Below are positions 18,018 to 29,016 of a stretch of 64,000 nt of DNA, in pieces. The stretch lies in the NCBI GenBank assembly GCA_017649945.1, contig JAGCFU010000080.1, forward strand, positions 220 to 64,219, written 5' to 3'. Made by a program: the position numbers and the translations under genes. How positions within the stretch are numbered: the stretch's first letter is position 1; every line of letters starts with the position of its first letter. The notes under the pieces are model-generated. The model ran no database searches, was not told the DNA's origin, and saw nothing but the letters and a program-made list of their open reading frames with translations. The stretch is from Bacteroidales bacterium. Its GTDB lineage: Bacteria > Bacteroidota > Bacteroidia > Bacteroidales > F082.

Positions 18018-21000
18018 ATGCGCAAAGGTACAAAAAAGAATATTATACACGGCATTTTAATTATCTTTGTGATAATTTTTGCTCTCATGGCAAGCATCGT
18101 GGCTGCTTTCCGTGACGTCACCGTGCAGAGTATGGTTGCGCGTTCCATCGCCGGCACCTTGTCGGAAAAACTGAATACCGTCGTCAAAATCAAGACGTTT
18201 TACATCACAGAGAAACTCTTCGTGTGCATCGAAGACATGCAAATCAACGACTTGGAAGGCTATCCGATGTTTATGATAGGCCGCCTCGACGCTAAGATAA
18301 TCCCGATAATAAGCTCCAACGAAATCTGGATACGTGACATATATCTGAAAGACGTGCTCGGAAGGGTGGTGAAATACGAAGGGGAGAAGCGCCTGAACAT
18401 CATGGAGATAGTGGCCCAACTGAACGGCAACTCCGACAAAAACAAGGACAAGACGGAAACAGACGACGGCAACGGTATCCGTCTGCGTATCGATAATATG
18501 CAGCTCGACAACGGCCATGTGGTCTACTGGAACCAGAACAAAGACAAGCCGGAGAAGCTGATTATGGACTATGCGCATATCGATATCGACAGCATCTACG
18601 GCAAATTCAGCAACCTCGAGATGTATAACGACACTGTCTCGGGCGTAGTGCATACCCTCAGAGGCAAGGACAAATGCGGACTGCCTCTCGACGACGCCAG
18701 CGGAAAAGTGCTGTTCTGCGAGAAAAGCCTGACTGTCGACAATCTCATACTGAAAACCAACCAGTCGCATGTCGACCTCGACCTGAGATTCGAATACGAG
18801 AAATCAAGCGCTTATTTCGAATTCGTCAATTCAGTTTACATCAAAAGCAATATCCGCCAATCCACGATAGTGCTCAGCGACCTCCAATATTTCTGCTGGA
18901 CGTTGAGGAAAATGCCCGACAGATTCGACTTTACAACGAATTATGAGGGCTTCGTGAAGGAGTTTACTGTTACCGACTTCGTCGCTGACTTTGGCAACGA
19001 GTCACATATCGACCTCGATGTGTCGTTTGCCGGACTGCCTGACTTCTTCAACAGTTACATGGATATCAACATCAAGGAATTGTCATCGACGTATGACGAC
19101 ACGAAGAATTTTGCGATACCTGTTGAATCCCAGACAGTGCCAATGCCTGAAATGCTGGCCGGAATCGGGAGATATTCATTGTCAGGAACTTATCAAGGAT
19201 CTGCCAGCGATTTCAAAACGAATTTCAATCTGGTTTCGGAAATGGGTGACATCGACGCTCAGATTTATGTCGACGCCACCGAAAATGTGGATTATTCGTT
19301 TATTATCGATGCTAATAATTTGAAAATCAATGATTTGATTGGTATGCAAGATCATGCTGAAGTGTCGCTGAACCTCGATATGAACGGTCATGGAATGAAT
19401 GTGGAAGATGCTGATTTTGAAGCCGATCTGAATATCAAGCGTTTGAATATCTATGGCAATGAATTTGAAGATTGGACAATTCATGGAGACCTTGAAAATA
19501 AACGGTTTATAGCTCTTTCAGATGTCCGTCAGCAATATCTTGACGCCGACTTGTCGACTATGATTGATTTTACAGGTGATAAGCCGAGTTACAACATCAT
19601 CACGAAAATAAATAACGCCGACCTCGTGAACCTCAACATGCTTGACAGCGACTCGATAATGCTGCTCGCCACGAATATCGACCTGCAGTTCAGCGGCACA
19701 GATATCGACGATATCACCGGACACCTCGATATCAGCAAGACGAGATATTTCAACGGCGAAGAATTCCTGATGGACAATTTCTCAGCCAATATCAGCGAAA
19801 TGAGCGGTATCAAGGATGTCACTGTCGACTGCGATTTCTTCAGATTCTACGGCTACGGCATCGTAAAGGCGAAAACTTTCGTCAACGCGTTGAAAAACAC
19901 CGCAAAGAGGTACGTTGACATACCTGTTTGGTTCGCAAACACCGTGCCTGACGTCGACAAACAGGAGCTCTCGGTTTCGATGGAACTGAAAGACACGGAA
20001 ATGCTGTCGAGACTGTTTATGCCTACACTGTACGTCAGCAGTGGCACTACTATCAACGCTACATATACCGACGGATATTCGTATCACGGCTCGACTATTG
20101 AATCAGATGAAATTGTATTTAATGGACTGAAATTCAAGGGTATAGACGTTAGAAACACCGCTAAGTTCGATGAGTTTGTATCAAAAATAGATATCAGCGA
20201 CATCATACTGCGCGACACGACGGAGACCAACCCGGATGCCATCAACCTCGAAAATGTGGTGCTCATCTCGCGATGCGGCGACGACTTGATTAACTTCGAC
20301 TTGTCGTGGGATGACAACGATAGGAACGACCATAACAAGGCGATGATAAAATCGACATTCACGCCTCATCCTAACGCCGGCGGTCTGCTGACAATCAGGC
20401 CGGAGCTGATTTTGGTGAACGACACCGTCTGGAGCATGCATCCCGATTGCAATATCAATTTCCAGAAACACGAGACAGGTATCAACAACCTTGAGCTTTA
20501 CACTGACAATCAACTGATATCGGTGCACGGTGTCTATCCGAATACCGATGCCGACACCTTATACGTCGATTTCCAGAATCTTGACATTTCTGATTTCGAT
20601 TTCATAACAAAGGGCAATAACCTCAATTTTGACGGCTATTTGAACGGTTTTGTGGGACTTTCCGGCTTGAATGGTAATCTTTCATTCTCAGCAGATATCG
20701 ACCTGCAGAGCTTAAATGTCAACGGTCAGGAAGTGGGCGACGTGCTCGCAAGCGCGAAATGGTACGACCCGAAAGAGTCAATATTCATAAATCTTATCGT
20801 ATACAACACGCTTTTCAGCACTGAACAGAAGGAATCGATAGGCATGGTCGGTTTCTATTATCCGCGGAAAAAGAACGATAACCTCAGTTTCGACCTGTTT
20901 TTCAACGATTTCAAACTCGAGACGGTGTCGCCGTTTGTGTCAAAAGAGGATGTGGATAGAATCGGCGGCCTGGCAAGCGGAAACCTCGGCTTAAGGGGCT

Positions 21001-22523
21001 CACTGAGCGAACCGGAGATTTTCGGAAACGTCAAACTGAAAAACGCAGGATGCGAGGTTAAATACATAAATAGTTATTACTCAATCAATAACGACATCAA
21101 ATTAGAGAAAAACAAAATCGTATTTGAAAATATCATAGTGCAGGATTCTCTTGGCAATACGGCTGAAATCAATGGCGCCATAAATCATAACCATCTCAAG
21201 GATTTTGATTTCGATTTGAATCTGACATGCAACGATTTCCTCGGTTTGAACATACCTCCTGAGAATGCCAACGGCTTTTATGGCACTGCTGTCGCTGATG
21301 GTACAGTATCGATAAAAGGCCCTGTCGACGACATCAACATGAACATTGACGTTGTGACGAAAAAAGGCACGGTGATAGATGTGCCGCTTTCAGGAACAAG
21401 CAGCGTGGATAACAATTTCGTCGTTTTCGTCCAGGATATCAACGAACCTGACACCATTGTGGAGCAAGTGGTGACGGAGATTGAGAAAAAAGACAGCAAT
21501 TTTAAAATGAATCTGGATGCGGAGGTCAATCCTGACGCTCTCGTCAACATTTATCTGCCTGAAAACATGGGAAGTATCAGCGCGAGAGGCAACGGAAACA
21601 TCAATATCGGACTGACGCCACACGACTTCGAACTCCGTGGCGATTACGTGATAACAAGCGGTTCCTTCGTCTTCAAACTCGAGATGGTGCGCAGGACGTT
21701 TACCCTTCGCAGAGGCGGAACGTTACGTTGGACAGGCGACCCTACCGATGCCGACATCAACATCGTGGGTGTTTACAGAACAAAATCGTCGCTTACGTCG
21801 CTCGGAACACAGGCTGTCGACTCCTCAGCGTTGACAAACAACATCAACGTCGACTGCATTATCAGGCTCACCGACAAGCTCATGAACCCGACAATCACCT
21901 TTGGCATCGAGCTCCCGAACGCGACGGAAGATACTAAAAACACTGTTTATTCCGTCATCGACACCACCAACCAGGCGGTGATGGCGCAGCAAGTGTTCTC
22001 TCTCATGGTGCTCGGCTCGTTCTCGAATACAGCAGGCAGCAACATCGCGCGATTCGGCACAACGGCAGGCTACAGCGTCATAACAAATCAGCTGAGCAAC
22101 TGGCTGTCGCAGATTTCCAAAGATTTCGATATCGGTATCAGCTACACTCCAAACGATAATGTCACTAACGAAGAACTTGAAGTGGCGCTCTCGACACAGC
22201 TGTTCGACGACAGGCTCACCATCGAAGGCAATTTCGGCGTGATAAGAGGCAACAAAAACGACGCAAACAACGCCAATAACATCGTGGGTGACGTGGATCT
22301 CTCATTCCGACTCACTAACCGCTTGAGCCTCAAAGCTTATAACCATACCAACATCAGGAGTAATTACTATTATTCGTTTGAAAACTATTCGGATTTCACA
22401 CAGGGAGTGGGTATCTCATTCTCGCAAAGTTTCGACAATATCAGGGAGATTTTCCATTATAACAACAAGAATAAGAAGACAAAAAAGCCAAAACTGAAGC
22501 TGGACAATGAATCGAAGCCATAA
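18018..22523 (+). CDS. tamB: TamB-like translocation and assembly module protein
   Basis: 1501 aa with an N-terminal TM anchor, a long beta-rich body and a DUF490-like C-terminus. Confidence 0.7.
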   Translation: MRKGTKKNIIHGILIIFVIIFALMASIVAAFRDVTVQSMVARSIAGTLSEKLNTVVKIKTFYITEKLFVCIEDMQINDLEGYPMFMIGRLDAKIIPIISSNEIWIRDIYLKDVLGRVVKYEGEKRLNIMEIVAQLNGNSDKNKDKTETDDGNGIRLRIDNMQLDNGHVVYWNQNKDKPEKLIMDYAHIDIDSIYGKFSNLEMYNDTVSGVVHTLRGKDKCGLPLDDASGKVLFCEKSLTVDNLILKTNQSHVDLDLRFEYEKSSAYFEFVNSVYIKSNIRQSTIVLSDLQYFCWTLRKMPDRFDFTTNYEGFVKEFTVTDFVADFGNESHIDLDVSFAGLPDFFNSYMDINIKELSSTYDDTKNFAIPVESQTVPMPEMLAGIGRYSLSGTYQGSASDFKTNFNLVSEMGDIDAQIYVDATENVDYSFIIDANNLKINDLIGMQDHAEVSLNLDMNGHGMNVEDADFEADLNIKRLNIYGNEFEDWTIHGDLENKRFIALSDVRQQYLDADLSTMIDFTGDKPSYNIITKINNADLVNLNMLDSDSIMLLATNIDLQFSGTDIDDITGHLDISKTRYFNGEEFLMDNFSANISEMSGIKDVTVDCDFFRFYGYGIVKAKTFVNALKNTAKRYVDIPVWFANTVPDVDKQELSVSMELKDTEMLSRLFMPTLYVSSGTTINATYTDGYSYHGSTIESDEIVFNGLKFKGIDVRNTAKFDEFVSKIDISDIILRDTTETNPDAINLENVVLISRCGDDLINFDLSWDDNDRNDHNKAMIKSTFTPHPNAGGLLTIRPELILVNDTVWSMHPDCNINFQKHETGINNLELYTDNQLISVHGVYPNTDADTLYVDFQNLDISDFDFITKGNNLNFDGYLNGFVGLSGLNGNLSFSADIDLQSLNVNGQEVGDVLASAKWYDPKESIFINLIVYNTLFSTEQKESIGMVGFYYPRKKNDNLSFDLFFNDFKLETVSPFVSKEDVDRIGGLASGNLGLRGSLSEPEIFGNVKLKNAGCEVKYINSYYSINNDIKLEKNKIVFENIIVQDSLGNTAEINGAINHNHLKDFDFDLNLTCNDFLGLNIPPENANGFYGTAVADGTVSIKGPVDDINMNIDVVTKKGTVIDVPLSGTSSVDNNFVVFVQDINEPDTIVEQVVTEIEKKDSNFKMNLDAEVNPDALVNIYLPENMGSISARGNGNINIGLTPHDFELRGDYVITSGSFVFKLEMVRRTFTLRRGGTLRWTGDPTDADINIVGVYRTKSSLTSLGTQAVDSSALTNNINVDCIIRLTDKLMNPTITFGIELPNATEDTKNTVYSVIDTTNQAVMAQQVFSLMVLGSFSNTAGSNIARFGTTAGYSVITNQLSNWLSQISKDFDIGISYTPNDNVTNEELEVALSTQLFDDRLTIEGNFGVIRGNKNDANNANNIVGDVDLSFRLTNRLSLKAYNHTNIRSNYYYSFENYSDFTQGVGISFSQSFDNIREIFHYNNKNKKTKKPKLKLDNESKP

Positions 22524-25500
22524 CAAGCCGTTCAAGATATACAAAGCCTCCGCTGGCTCTGGCAAGACTTTCACCATCGTGAAGGAATACTTGACGCTTT
22601 GCCTTGGCGACACAGCCGACGCTTACCGCGAAATCTTAGCCGTGACATTCACAAATAAAGCGGCTAACGAGATGAAAGCCAAGATATTACGCTATCTTCT
22701 CGGCATCATCGAAGGCTCGAAAAAAGAAGATATCGTCCAGATGAAAGAGTATCTGATTTCAGCCGTCGGCGTTGAGGAACGACTACTTGTGGAACGGGCC
22801 AAACGCTTGTATGTCAATATTTTACATGACTATAGCGATTTTGCGGTATGCACCATCGACAGCTTCGTGCAAAGGCTTTCCAGGACATTCTCGAGAGAAC
22901 TGGAGCTCCCAGGTCAGTATAGCGTCATCTTGGACAACGACGACCTCGTGGATGAGATTATTCAACGCATCTCCGACGAGATAGGCAAAAACCGGTTCAT
23001 CACTACGATCCTGTCGAATTTCGTGGAATATAACCTCTCTGAAGAGACATCGTGGAACGTCAAGAAACTGATTGGCGAATACATCGAAAAACTCCTCTCG
23101 GAAGACGCTTACCGTAAAGGCAACTATAAGAATTTCAGCGATATCGACGAGACAAAATACAAAGAAATCAAAGACTACGTTCATTCTGAAAACAAGAAAA
23201 TGGATGAGGCTTTATCGTTGATTATCAAAGATATAGAATCTGAAGAAGAACGGCGCGGAATTTCTGAGCAGGATTATAACGGAAAGGCGAAAACCGGTCT
23301 GCCGTCGGTGAAACGCAAGATGCAGGAAGGCAAAAGTGTGCTCACGACGAAGACTATTGAAAGTATTTTGAACGGCGAAAAACGCTGGAACGACGCGAAA
23401 AGCAAGATATCCGACGATTCTATTGTTGATGTTTACAATGATGCGATACAAAAATATAAGTCGTTGTATTCCAAGAAGTTAATCTTCAATGACATCGAAA
23501 AGGATTTGTACCTTTACGTCTTGCGCAACCATATTTTCGAGCTGATTAGGAATTACATCGCGGAGACGTCGCAGGTGCATATTTCAGAGTTCAACAAGCG
23601 TATCTCCGACATTTTGGATGATTGCTCTGTGCCATTCATTTACGAGCGGATAGGCGAGAAGTACAAGCATTATTTCATCGATGAGTTTCAGGACACGTCG
23701 GTGTTGCAATGGCATAATTTCCTGCCTCTCGTGGAAAACAGCATCGCATTGGGCAACATGAATCTGATTGTAGGCGACGCGAAACAGTCGATTTACCGTT
23801 TCAGAAGCGGCGAGGTCGAGCAAATCATAAGCCTGCCGAAGATTTACAAACGTCCGGAAAACGAGTTCGGAATACGTTGCGAGGCGCAGTTTGTCGGTTC
23901 GGCGCAGAAGATGTCACTGACAACGAATTACCGTTCCTCGAAGAATGTTATAAAATTCAACAACACGTTTTTCCGTGCTGCCGGCACCCGTTTGGCTGAT
24001 GATGTCTATCATGACGCCGAGCAGGTTTACGACCCGAAAAATCAGGCCGGATACGTCTCCGTCGAAGTGTTTCACGGCGAGTTGAAGGCCGCGGAATACA
24101 AAGAAAAAGTCAAGAAATCAATGTTAAAGCAAATTATAGATTTGCACAATCAAAACATTGATTATAAAGATATTACAATTTTGGTTCGTTCCAACAGCGA
24201 CGGTACCGACATAGCGAATTATTTGGTCGCAAACGGCATCGGGGTGCTGTCGGCGGAGTCGGTGTTGTTGCAGACTTCCGACAAGGTGCAGCTGGTCATC
24301 AACATATTGAAATTGATGGTCGATGTCAAAAATCCGGTGACAAAAATGGCGGTGGAACATTTTGGTGGCGGCGACGCTACGAATCACGTCTGTACGGGTG
24401 GTTTGTACGATGTTTGCGCTCAGATTTGTAAGGAATACAATTTCAATGTGTTGGAAGACGTGTTCCTGCAATATTTCATGAACACCGTCTACGAATGGCA
24501 GTGCCGTCACAGCACCGGAATAGGCGATTTTCTGGAGTTTTGGGACAAGAAAAAAGACAAGCTGGCGGTGCAGATAACAGGCGACCTCGACTGCGTCCAA
24601 ATCATGACAATACACAAGGCTAAGGGTTTGGAATTCAACGTGGTGATGTACCCTTACGCCGATACAAGCCTGAATCCGTCGCATGGTTTCACGCAAAACG
24701 AGATGTGGGTGCAATGCGCTGATAATCAAGATACTAAAGATATTCCGTATCTTGACGCGTTCCTTCTGAAGCTGTCGAAAGACAAGCTGACTGGAACCAC
24801 ATACGAGCCTCTTGTCAAGAAAGAGAATGAGAAAACAATGCTCGATATCCTCGATATCATGTATGTCGCCATGACGCGTGCCAAGAACATGCTGTTTGTT
24901 TACACTAACGACAAGCGGCCTGTCGACGGATACAACCTCTTTACCGATTTCTTTGCTGATATACCTGACATTCAACATGTTAAGTCGGGAAATGATGATT
25001 CTGACTTCAATGATTATTTCGTTAAAAACGGAGAGTTTGAGGTTCAGGAAGGCGAGGAGATGACGTCATACAATTATGGCGATGCCGCTGCTACGCTTTT
25101 GGTTATCAATGAGAAACGCAAAAAAGATGACGATGTCAAGATTCTTGAACTGAAAGAAGGCGAGGAGCTCCCGAAAACGTTGAACTGGTCGGAAAAACTG
25201 CAAGTTGACGCCGATCCGACCATGATTTGGGCTGAAAAAGGCTCGTTTATGCCTGAAGAATGGGGCTCGTTGGTGCATCAGATACTGTCGAAAATAAAAA
25301 CGATTAAAGACGCTGAGAACGCCTTGAGACCATATGTCAACGACGGCACGATCGACGGGGAACAGGCGGCCAAATTGCTCGACACATTCCGTAAAGTGAC
25401 TGATATTAAGGAACTTAAGCCGGCGTTTTCCGACGATGCCATCGTGAAAAACGAGATGGATATCCATACCTGCGACGGCCGTATCATACGTCCCGACAGA

Positions 25501-25695
25501 TATGCGGAGACACAACAAGGCATCATCCTGATTGATTACAAGACAGGGAAGGAGCACGAGAAATATTACGACCAGCTGCGCGATTACATGAGCGCGATAA
25601 TTCAAATGAATCGCATGCAGCAAATCAAGGCATATCTCGTTTATATAGGAGATGAGGTTAAAGCCGTTGAAGTGAAAATGGACAGACTATTTTAA
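22507..25695 (+). CDS. UvrD-family helicase fused to a PD-(D/E)XK nuclease (AddA/RecB-like)
   Basis: Walker A ASAGSGKTF, helicase motifs (FIDEFQDTS, TIHKAKGLEF) and a C-terminal nuclease-like block (IILIDYKTGK). Confidence 0.8.
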   Translation: MNRSHNKPFKIYKASAGSGKTFTIVKEYLTLCLGDTADAYREILAVTFTNKAANEMKAKILRYLLGIIEGSKKEDIVQMKEYLISAVGVEERLLVERAKRLYVNILHDYSDFAVCTIDSFVQRLSRTFSRELELPGQYSVILDNDDLVDEIIQRISDEIGKNRFITTILSNFVEYNLSEETSWNVKKLIGEYIEKLLSEDAYRKGNYKNFSDIDETKYKEIKDYVHSENKKMDEALSLIIKDIESEEERRGISEQDYNGKAKTGLPSVKRKMQEGKSVLTTKTIESILNGEKRWNDAKSKISDDSIVDVYNDAIQKYKSLYSKKLIFNDIEKDLYLYVLRNHIFELIRNYIAETSQVHISEFNKRISDILDDCSVPFIYERIGEKYKHYFIDEFQDTSVLQWHNFLPLVENSIALGNMNLIVGDAKQSIYRFRSGEVEQIISLPKIYKRPENEFGIRCEAQFVGSAQKMSLTTNYRSSKNVIKFNNTFFRAAGTRLADDVYHDAEQVYDPKNQAGYVSVEVFHGELKAAEYKEKVKKSMLKQIIDLHNQNIDYKDITILVRSNSDGTDIANYLVANGIGVLSAESVLLQTSDKVQLVINILKLMVDVKNPVTKMAVEHFGGGDATNHVCTGGLYDVCAQICKEYNFNVLEDVFLQYFMNTVYEWQCRHSTGIGDFLEFWDKKKDKLAVQITGDLDCVQIMTIHKAKGLEFNVVMYPYADTSLNPSHGFTQNEMWVQCADNQDTKDIPYLDAFLLKLSKDKLTGTTYEPLVKKENEKTMLDILDIMYVAMTRAKNMLFVYTNDKRPVDGYNLFTDFFADIPDIQHVKSGNDDSDFNDYFVKNGEFEVQEGEEMTSYNYGDAAATLLVINEKRKKDDDVKILELKEGEELPKTLNWSEKLQVDADPTMIWAEKGSFMPEEWGSLVHQILSKIKTIKDAENALRPYVNDGTIDGEQAAKLLDTFRKVTDIKELKPAFSDDAIVKNEMDIHTCDGRIIRPDRYAETQQGIILIDYKTGKEHEKYYDQLRDYMSAIIQMNRMQQIKAYLVYIGDEVKAVEVKMDRLF

Positions 25696-25705
25696 ATTTT
25701 ATACT

Positions 25706-28700
25706 ATGAAAAAGCATTTCTTTATTTTCAGCATGTTGCTTGCTTTGGGCGCATTGTCGCTGCAGGCACAGAACGAGGCTAAGATGCTGCGTTTTCCGGC
25801 AATACACGGAAACCAGGTTGTCTTCAGCTATGCCGGTGACCTCTACACCGTCGACATCAACGGCGGAATGGCTCGCCAATTAACCAACGACCCTGACGGC
25901 TTCGAGATCTTCGCAAGATTCTCGCCCGACGGGAAAAACATCGCGTTCACAGGACAGTACGACGGAAACACTGAGGTTTATGTGATACCTTCACAAGGCG
26001 GTGAGCCTCAACGTGTTACGTATACCGCGACCCTCGACCGCGACGACCTGTCCGACCGCATGGGACCAAACAACATCGTGATGACTTGGAGAGACAACGA
26101 GAACATCGTATATCGCTCACGCAGAATCACTTGGGACGATTTCGTGGGTCAGCTTTTCGTTGCCAACATCAACGGCGGGCTCGGTGAGCAGCTGCCGTTC
26201 GAGGAAGGTGGCTGGATTAGCTATTCGCCTGACGGTCAGAAGATTGCGTTCAACCGTGTGATGCGTGAGTTCCGTACCTGGAAATACTACAAAGGCGGTA
26301 TGGCCGACGATGTCTGGATCTTCGACTTCAACACGAAAGAACTCACAAACATCACTAACAACGTCGCACAAGACATCTTCCCGATGTGGGCAGGCAACAA
26401 GATTTATTTCTGCTCCGACCGCGACCGTACGATGAATATCTTTTGCTATAACCTTGATAATAAACAACTTACAAAGGTTACCGACTACACATATTACGAT
26501 GTGAAATATCCTTCGCTCGGCGACAACGACATCGTTTATGAAAACGGCGGTGAGCTTTATCGCATGAGCCTGAAAGACAACTCAATACACAAGATTCCGG
26601 TGAAAATCATCGGCGACGGCATCTCATCGAGAACGAAATATGTCGACGCATCGAAATTCATCACCTCAGGCAACGTGTCACCCGACGGCAAACGTATCGT
26701 TTTGGGTGCTCGCGGCGATATCTGGACGTTGCCTGTAGAGGAAGGAATCACAAGGAATCTCACGAAATCCGACGGCGTCCACGACCGCAACGTCGCTTGG
26801 TCACCGGATGGCGAATACATCGCTTACATCTCCGACCGCACGGGCAACGACGAGCTTTACATCCAGAAACAGGATGGCAAGGAAGAAGCGATACAACTCA
26901 CTGACCCTCAAAAGGTTTCGGAGACTTACAAATACCAGCCTTCATGGTCGCCGGATAGCAAGAAAATCGCTTGGTACGACAAGATGAACCGCCTCATGAT
27001 GATTGACGTCGCCACCAAAAAAGTGACTGAGGTAGCTAAGAGTCAGGACGGCGAAATGAGCGATTTCAGCTGGTCGCCCGACAGCAAATGGATTGCTTAC
27101 TCAGATGAGAATATGTCGGAATTCAGCAGGATCTTCATCTATAACGTTGATACTCAGAAGACTGAAGCCGTCACCGACACTTGGTTCAATTCGGCAAATC
27201 CGGCCTTCGACAAGAACGGAAAATATCTGTACTTCACCTCTGAACGTGATTTCAACCCGACTTACAGCAGCGTGGAATGGAACTACGCCTACTGCGAGAT
27301 GAGCCGCATCTACATGATTACCTTGCAGAAAGACACTCCGTCGCCGTTCCTTGCAAAGAACGACGAGGTAACTGTCGAAAAAGGCGAGGCAAAAGATGAG
27401 AAACCTGGCAAATCTGACAAAGGCAAAGACAAGAAAAAAGATTCCAAGAAAGAGGATGACAAGTCGATAAAGATTGATTTTGAAGGCATTACGAGCCGTA
27501 TTATCCCGTTGCCAGACCTCAATACCGCATATTATTACTACCTTCAGGCCGTAGAAAACGGACTTTATTACATGACATGGGGCAATCGTGGTGGCGGTTT
27601 GTATTACTACAACCTGGAAGAAAAAGAAGCCACGAAAATCGGCGATTTCAACGGTTATTACCTGACTCCTGACGGCAAGAAGATGGCTCTCAGAAAACGT
27701 TGGGATATTACTGTTATCAACACTCCGACGCGTGAGGTGAAAGGCATCGAGAAGCCTATCGACCTGTCAAACATGAAGAAATGGGTCAACCTGCATGAGG
27801 AATGGGCTCAGATATACACCGAGGCATGGCGTCAGATGCGCGACTTCTTCTATGCGCCTAACATGCACGGCAACGACTGGCCTGCAATACACGACAAATA
27901 CTCTGTTTTGATTCCTTATTGCGGCGACCGTAACGACGTCAACTACCTCATCGGCGAGATGATTGGCGAATTGAACATCGGGCATGCCTATACCGGAGGC
28001 GGCGACCGTACACCGGCAAAACGCCTTAAACTCGGTCTGCTCGGCGCTCAGCTGAAACGCGACGACAGCGGTTATTACCAAATCGACAAGATTTTGAAAG
28101 GGGAGAGCTGGAACGACGCTACAATATCACCATTGACGGAAATCGGCGTCAACGCTAAGGAAGGCGACTTCATCGTGGCAGTCGACGGCGTCCCGACAAA
28201 AGACATGAACAACATCTTCGAGGCATTGGTTGACAAAGCCGGGAAACCTGTCGTTTTAAGCCTTAACAGCAAAGCTTCAGAAGCTGGCGCCCGTGACGTC
28301 GTGGTGAAACCGCTGGAAAGCGAGAACTCGCTATATTACTACAACATGGTGCAGAACAACATCGAGAAAGTCAGCAAGGCGACTAACGGTCAGGTAGGTT
28401 ACATACACATCCCTGACATGGGTCCTGAAGGGTTGAACGAGTTTGTGAAATATTTCTATCCGCAGCTCACAAAGAAGGCTTTGATTATCGACGACCGTGG
28501 CAATGGTGGCGGCAACGTCTCACCGATGATTATCGAGCGTCTGCGTCGTGAGGCCTCGATGTGGACCGTGACACGCAACGGCAACGCAGCCGAAATCAAG
28601 CCTAACCAGATGATGAACGGACCTAAAGTGCTGTTGTTCAACAAATATTCAGCATCCGACGGCGACTTGTTCCCGTGGCAGTTCAAACATTACAAGCTCG

Positions 28701-28999
28701 GCACCACCATCGGCACACGCTCATGGGGCGGCGTCGTAGGTATCCGTGGAAGCCTCCCGTTCATCGACGGCGGCACCTTGAACCGTCCTGAGTTCGCTCC
28801 GTTCGACCAAAACGGCAACTGGATCATCGAAGGTCACGGCGTCGACCCTGACATCGTCATCGACAACAATCCTTACGACGAGTTCAATGGCATTGACGCT
28901 CAGCTTGATAAGGCTATCGAAGTCATCCTCGAACAGATGAAAGATTGGCCTGAGGCACCGGCAATTCCGGCATGGCCCGACAAGACCAACGTGAAGTAA
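25706..28999 (+). CDS. Tricorn-type protease (peptidase S41B) with beta-propeller and PDZ regions
   Basis: 1097 aa with a signal peptide, LRFPAIHGNQVVFSYAGDLYTV and repeated TolB-like SPDG motifs. It also has the C-terminal S41 core. Confidence 0.8.
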   Translation: MKKHFFIFSMLLALGALSLQAQNEAKMLRFPAIHGNQVVFSYAGDLYTVDINGGMARQLTNDPDGFEIFARFSPDGKNIAFTGQYDGNTEVYVIPSQGGEPQRVTYTATLDRDDLSDRMGPNNIVMTWRDNENIVYRSRRITWDDFVGQLFVANINGGLGEQLPFEEGGWISYSPDGQKIAFNRVMREFRTWKYYKGGMADDVWIFDFNTKELTNITNNVAQDIFPMWAGNKIYFCSDRDRTMNIFCYNLDNKQLTKVTDYTYYDVKYPSLGDNDIVYENGGELYRMSLKDNSIHKIPVKIIGDGISSRTKYVDASKFITSGNVSPDGKRIVLGARGDIWTLPVEEGITRNLTKSDGVHDRNVAWSPDGEYIAYISDRTGNDELYIQKQDGKEEAIQLTDPQKVSETYKYQPSWSPDSKKIAWYDKMNRLMMIDVATKKVTEVAKSQDGEMSDFSWSPDSKWIAYSDENMSEFSRIFIYNVDTQKTEAVTDTWFNSANPAFDKNGKYLYFTSERDFNPTYSSVEWNYAYCEMSRIYMITLQKDTPSPFLAKNDEVTVEKGEAKDEKPGKSDKGKDKKKDSKKEDDKSIKIDFEGITSRIIPLPDLNTAYYYYLQAVENGLYYMTWGNRGGGLYYYNLEEKEATKIGDFNGYYLTPDGKKMALRKRWDITVINTPTREVKGIEKPIDLSNMKKWVNLHEEWAQIYTEAWRQMRDFFYAPNMHGNDWPAIHDKYSVLIPYCGDRNDVNYLIGEMIGELNIGHAYTGGGDRTPAKRLKLGLLGAQLKRDDSGYYQIDKILKGESWNDATISPLTEIGVNAKEGDFIVAVDGVPTKDMNNIFEALVDKAGKPVVLSLNSKASEAGARDVVVKPLESENSLYYYNMVQNNIEKVSKATNGQVGYIHIPDMGPEGLNEFVKYFYPQLTKKALIIDDRGNGGGNVSPMIIERLRREASMWTVTRNGNAAEIKPNQMMNGPKVLLFNKYSASDGDLFPWQFKHYKLGTTIGTRSWGGVVGIRGSLPFIDGGTLNRPEFAPFDQNGNWIIEGHGVDPDIVIDNNPYDEFNGIDAQLDKAIEVILEQMKDWPEAPAIPAWPDKTNVK

Positions 29000-29016
29000 C
29001 GAAATATTGTTTTTGA

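Noticed and set aside
18057-18770. 237-aa antisense ORF inside tamB
   Set aside because: This is a shadow ORF opposite a long coding region, with no recognisable domain or start context.
24124-24978. 284-aa antisense ORF inside the helicase-nuclease gene (also 25066..25623, 185 aa)
   Set aside because: This is a shadow ORF opposite a well-supported gene. It has no motifs and its composition is typical of an antisense frame.
27340-27480. Lys/Asp-rich low-complexity stretch (KGEAKDEKPGKSDKGKDKKKDSKKEDDKS) in the tricorn-like protease
   Set aside because: It is an in-frame linker-like insertion within a well-supported gene, not a separate feature.
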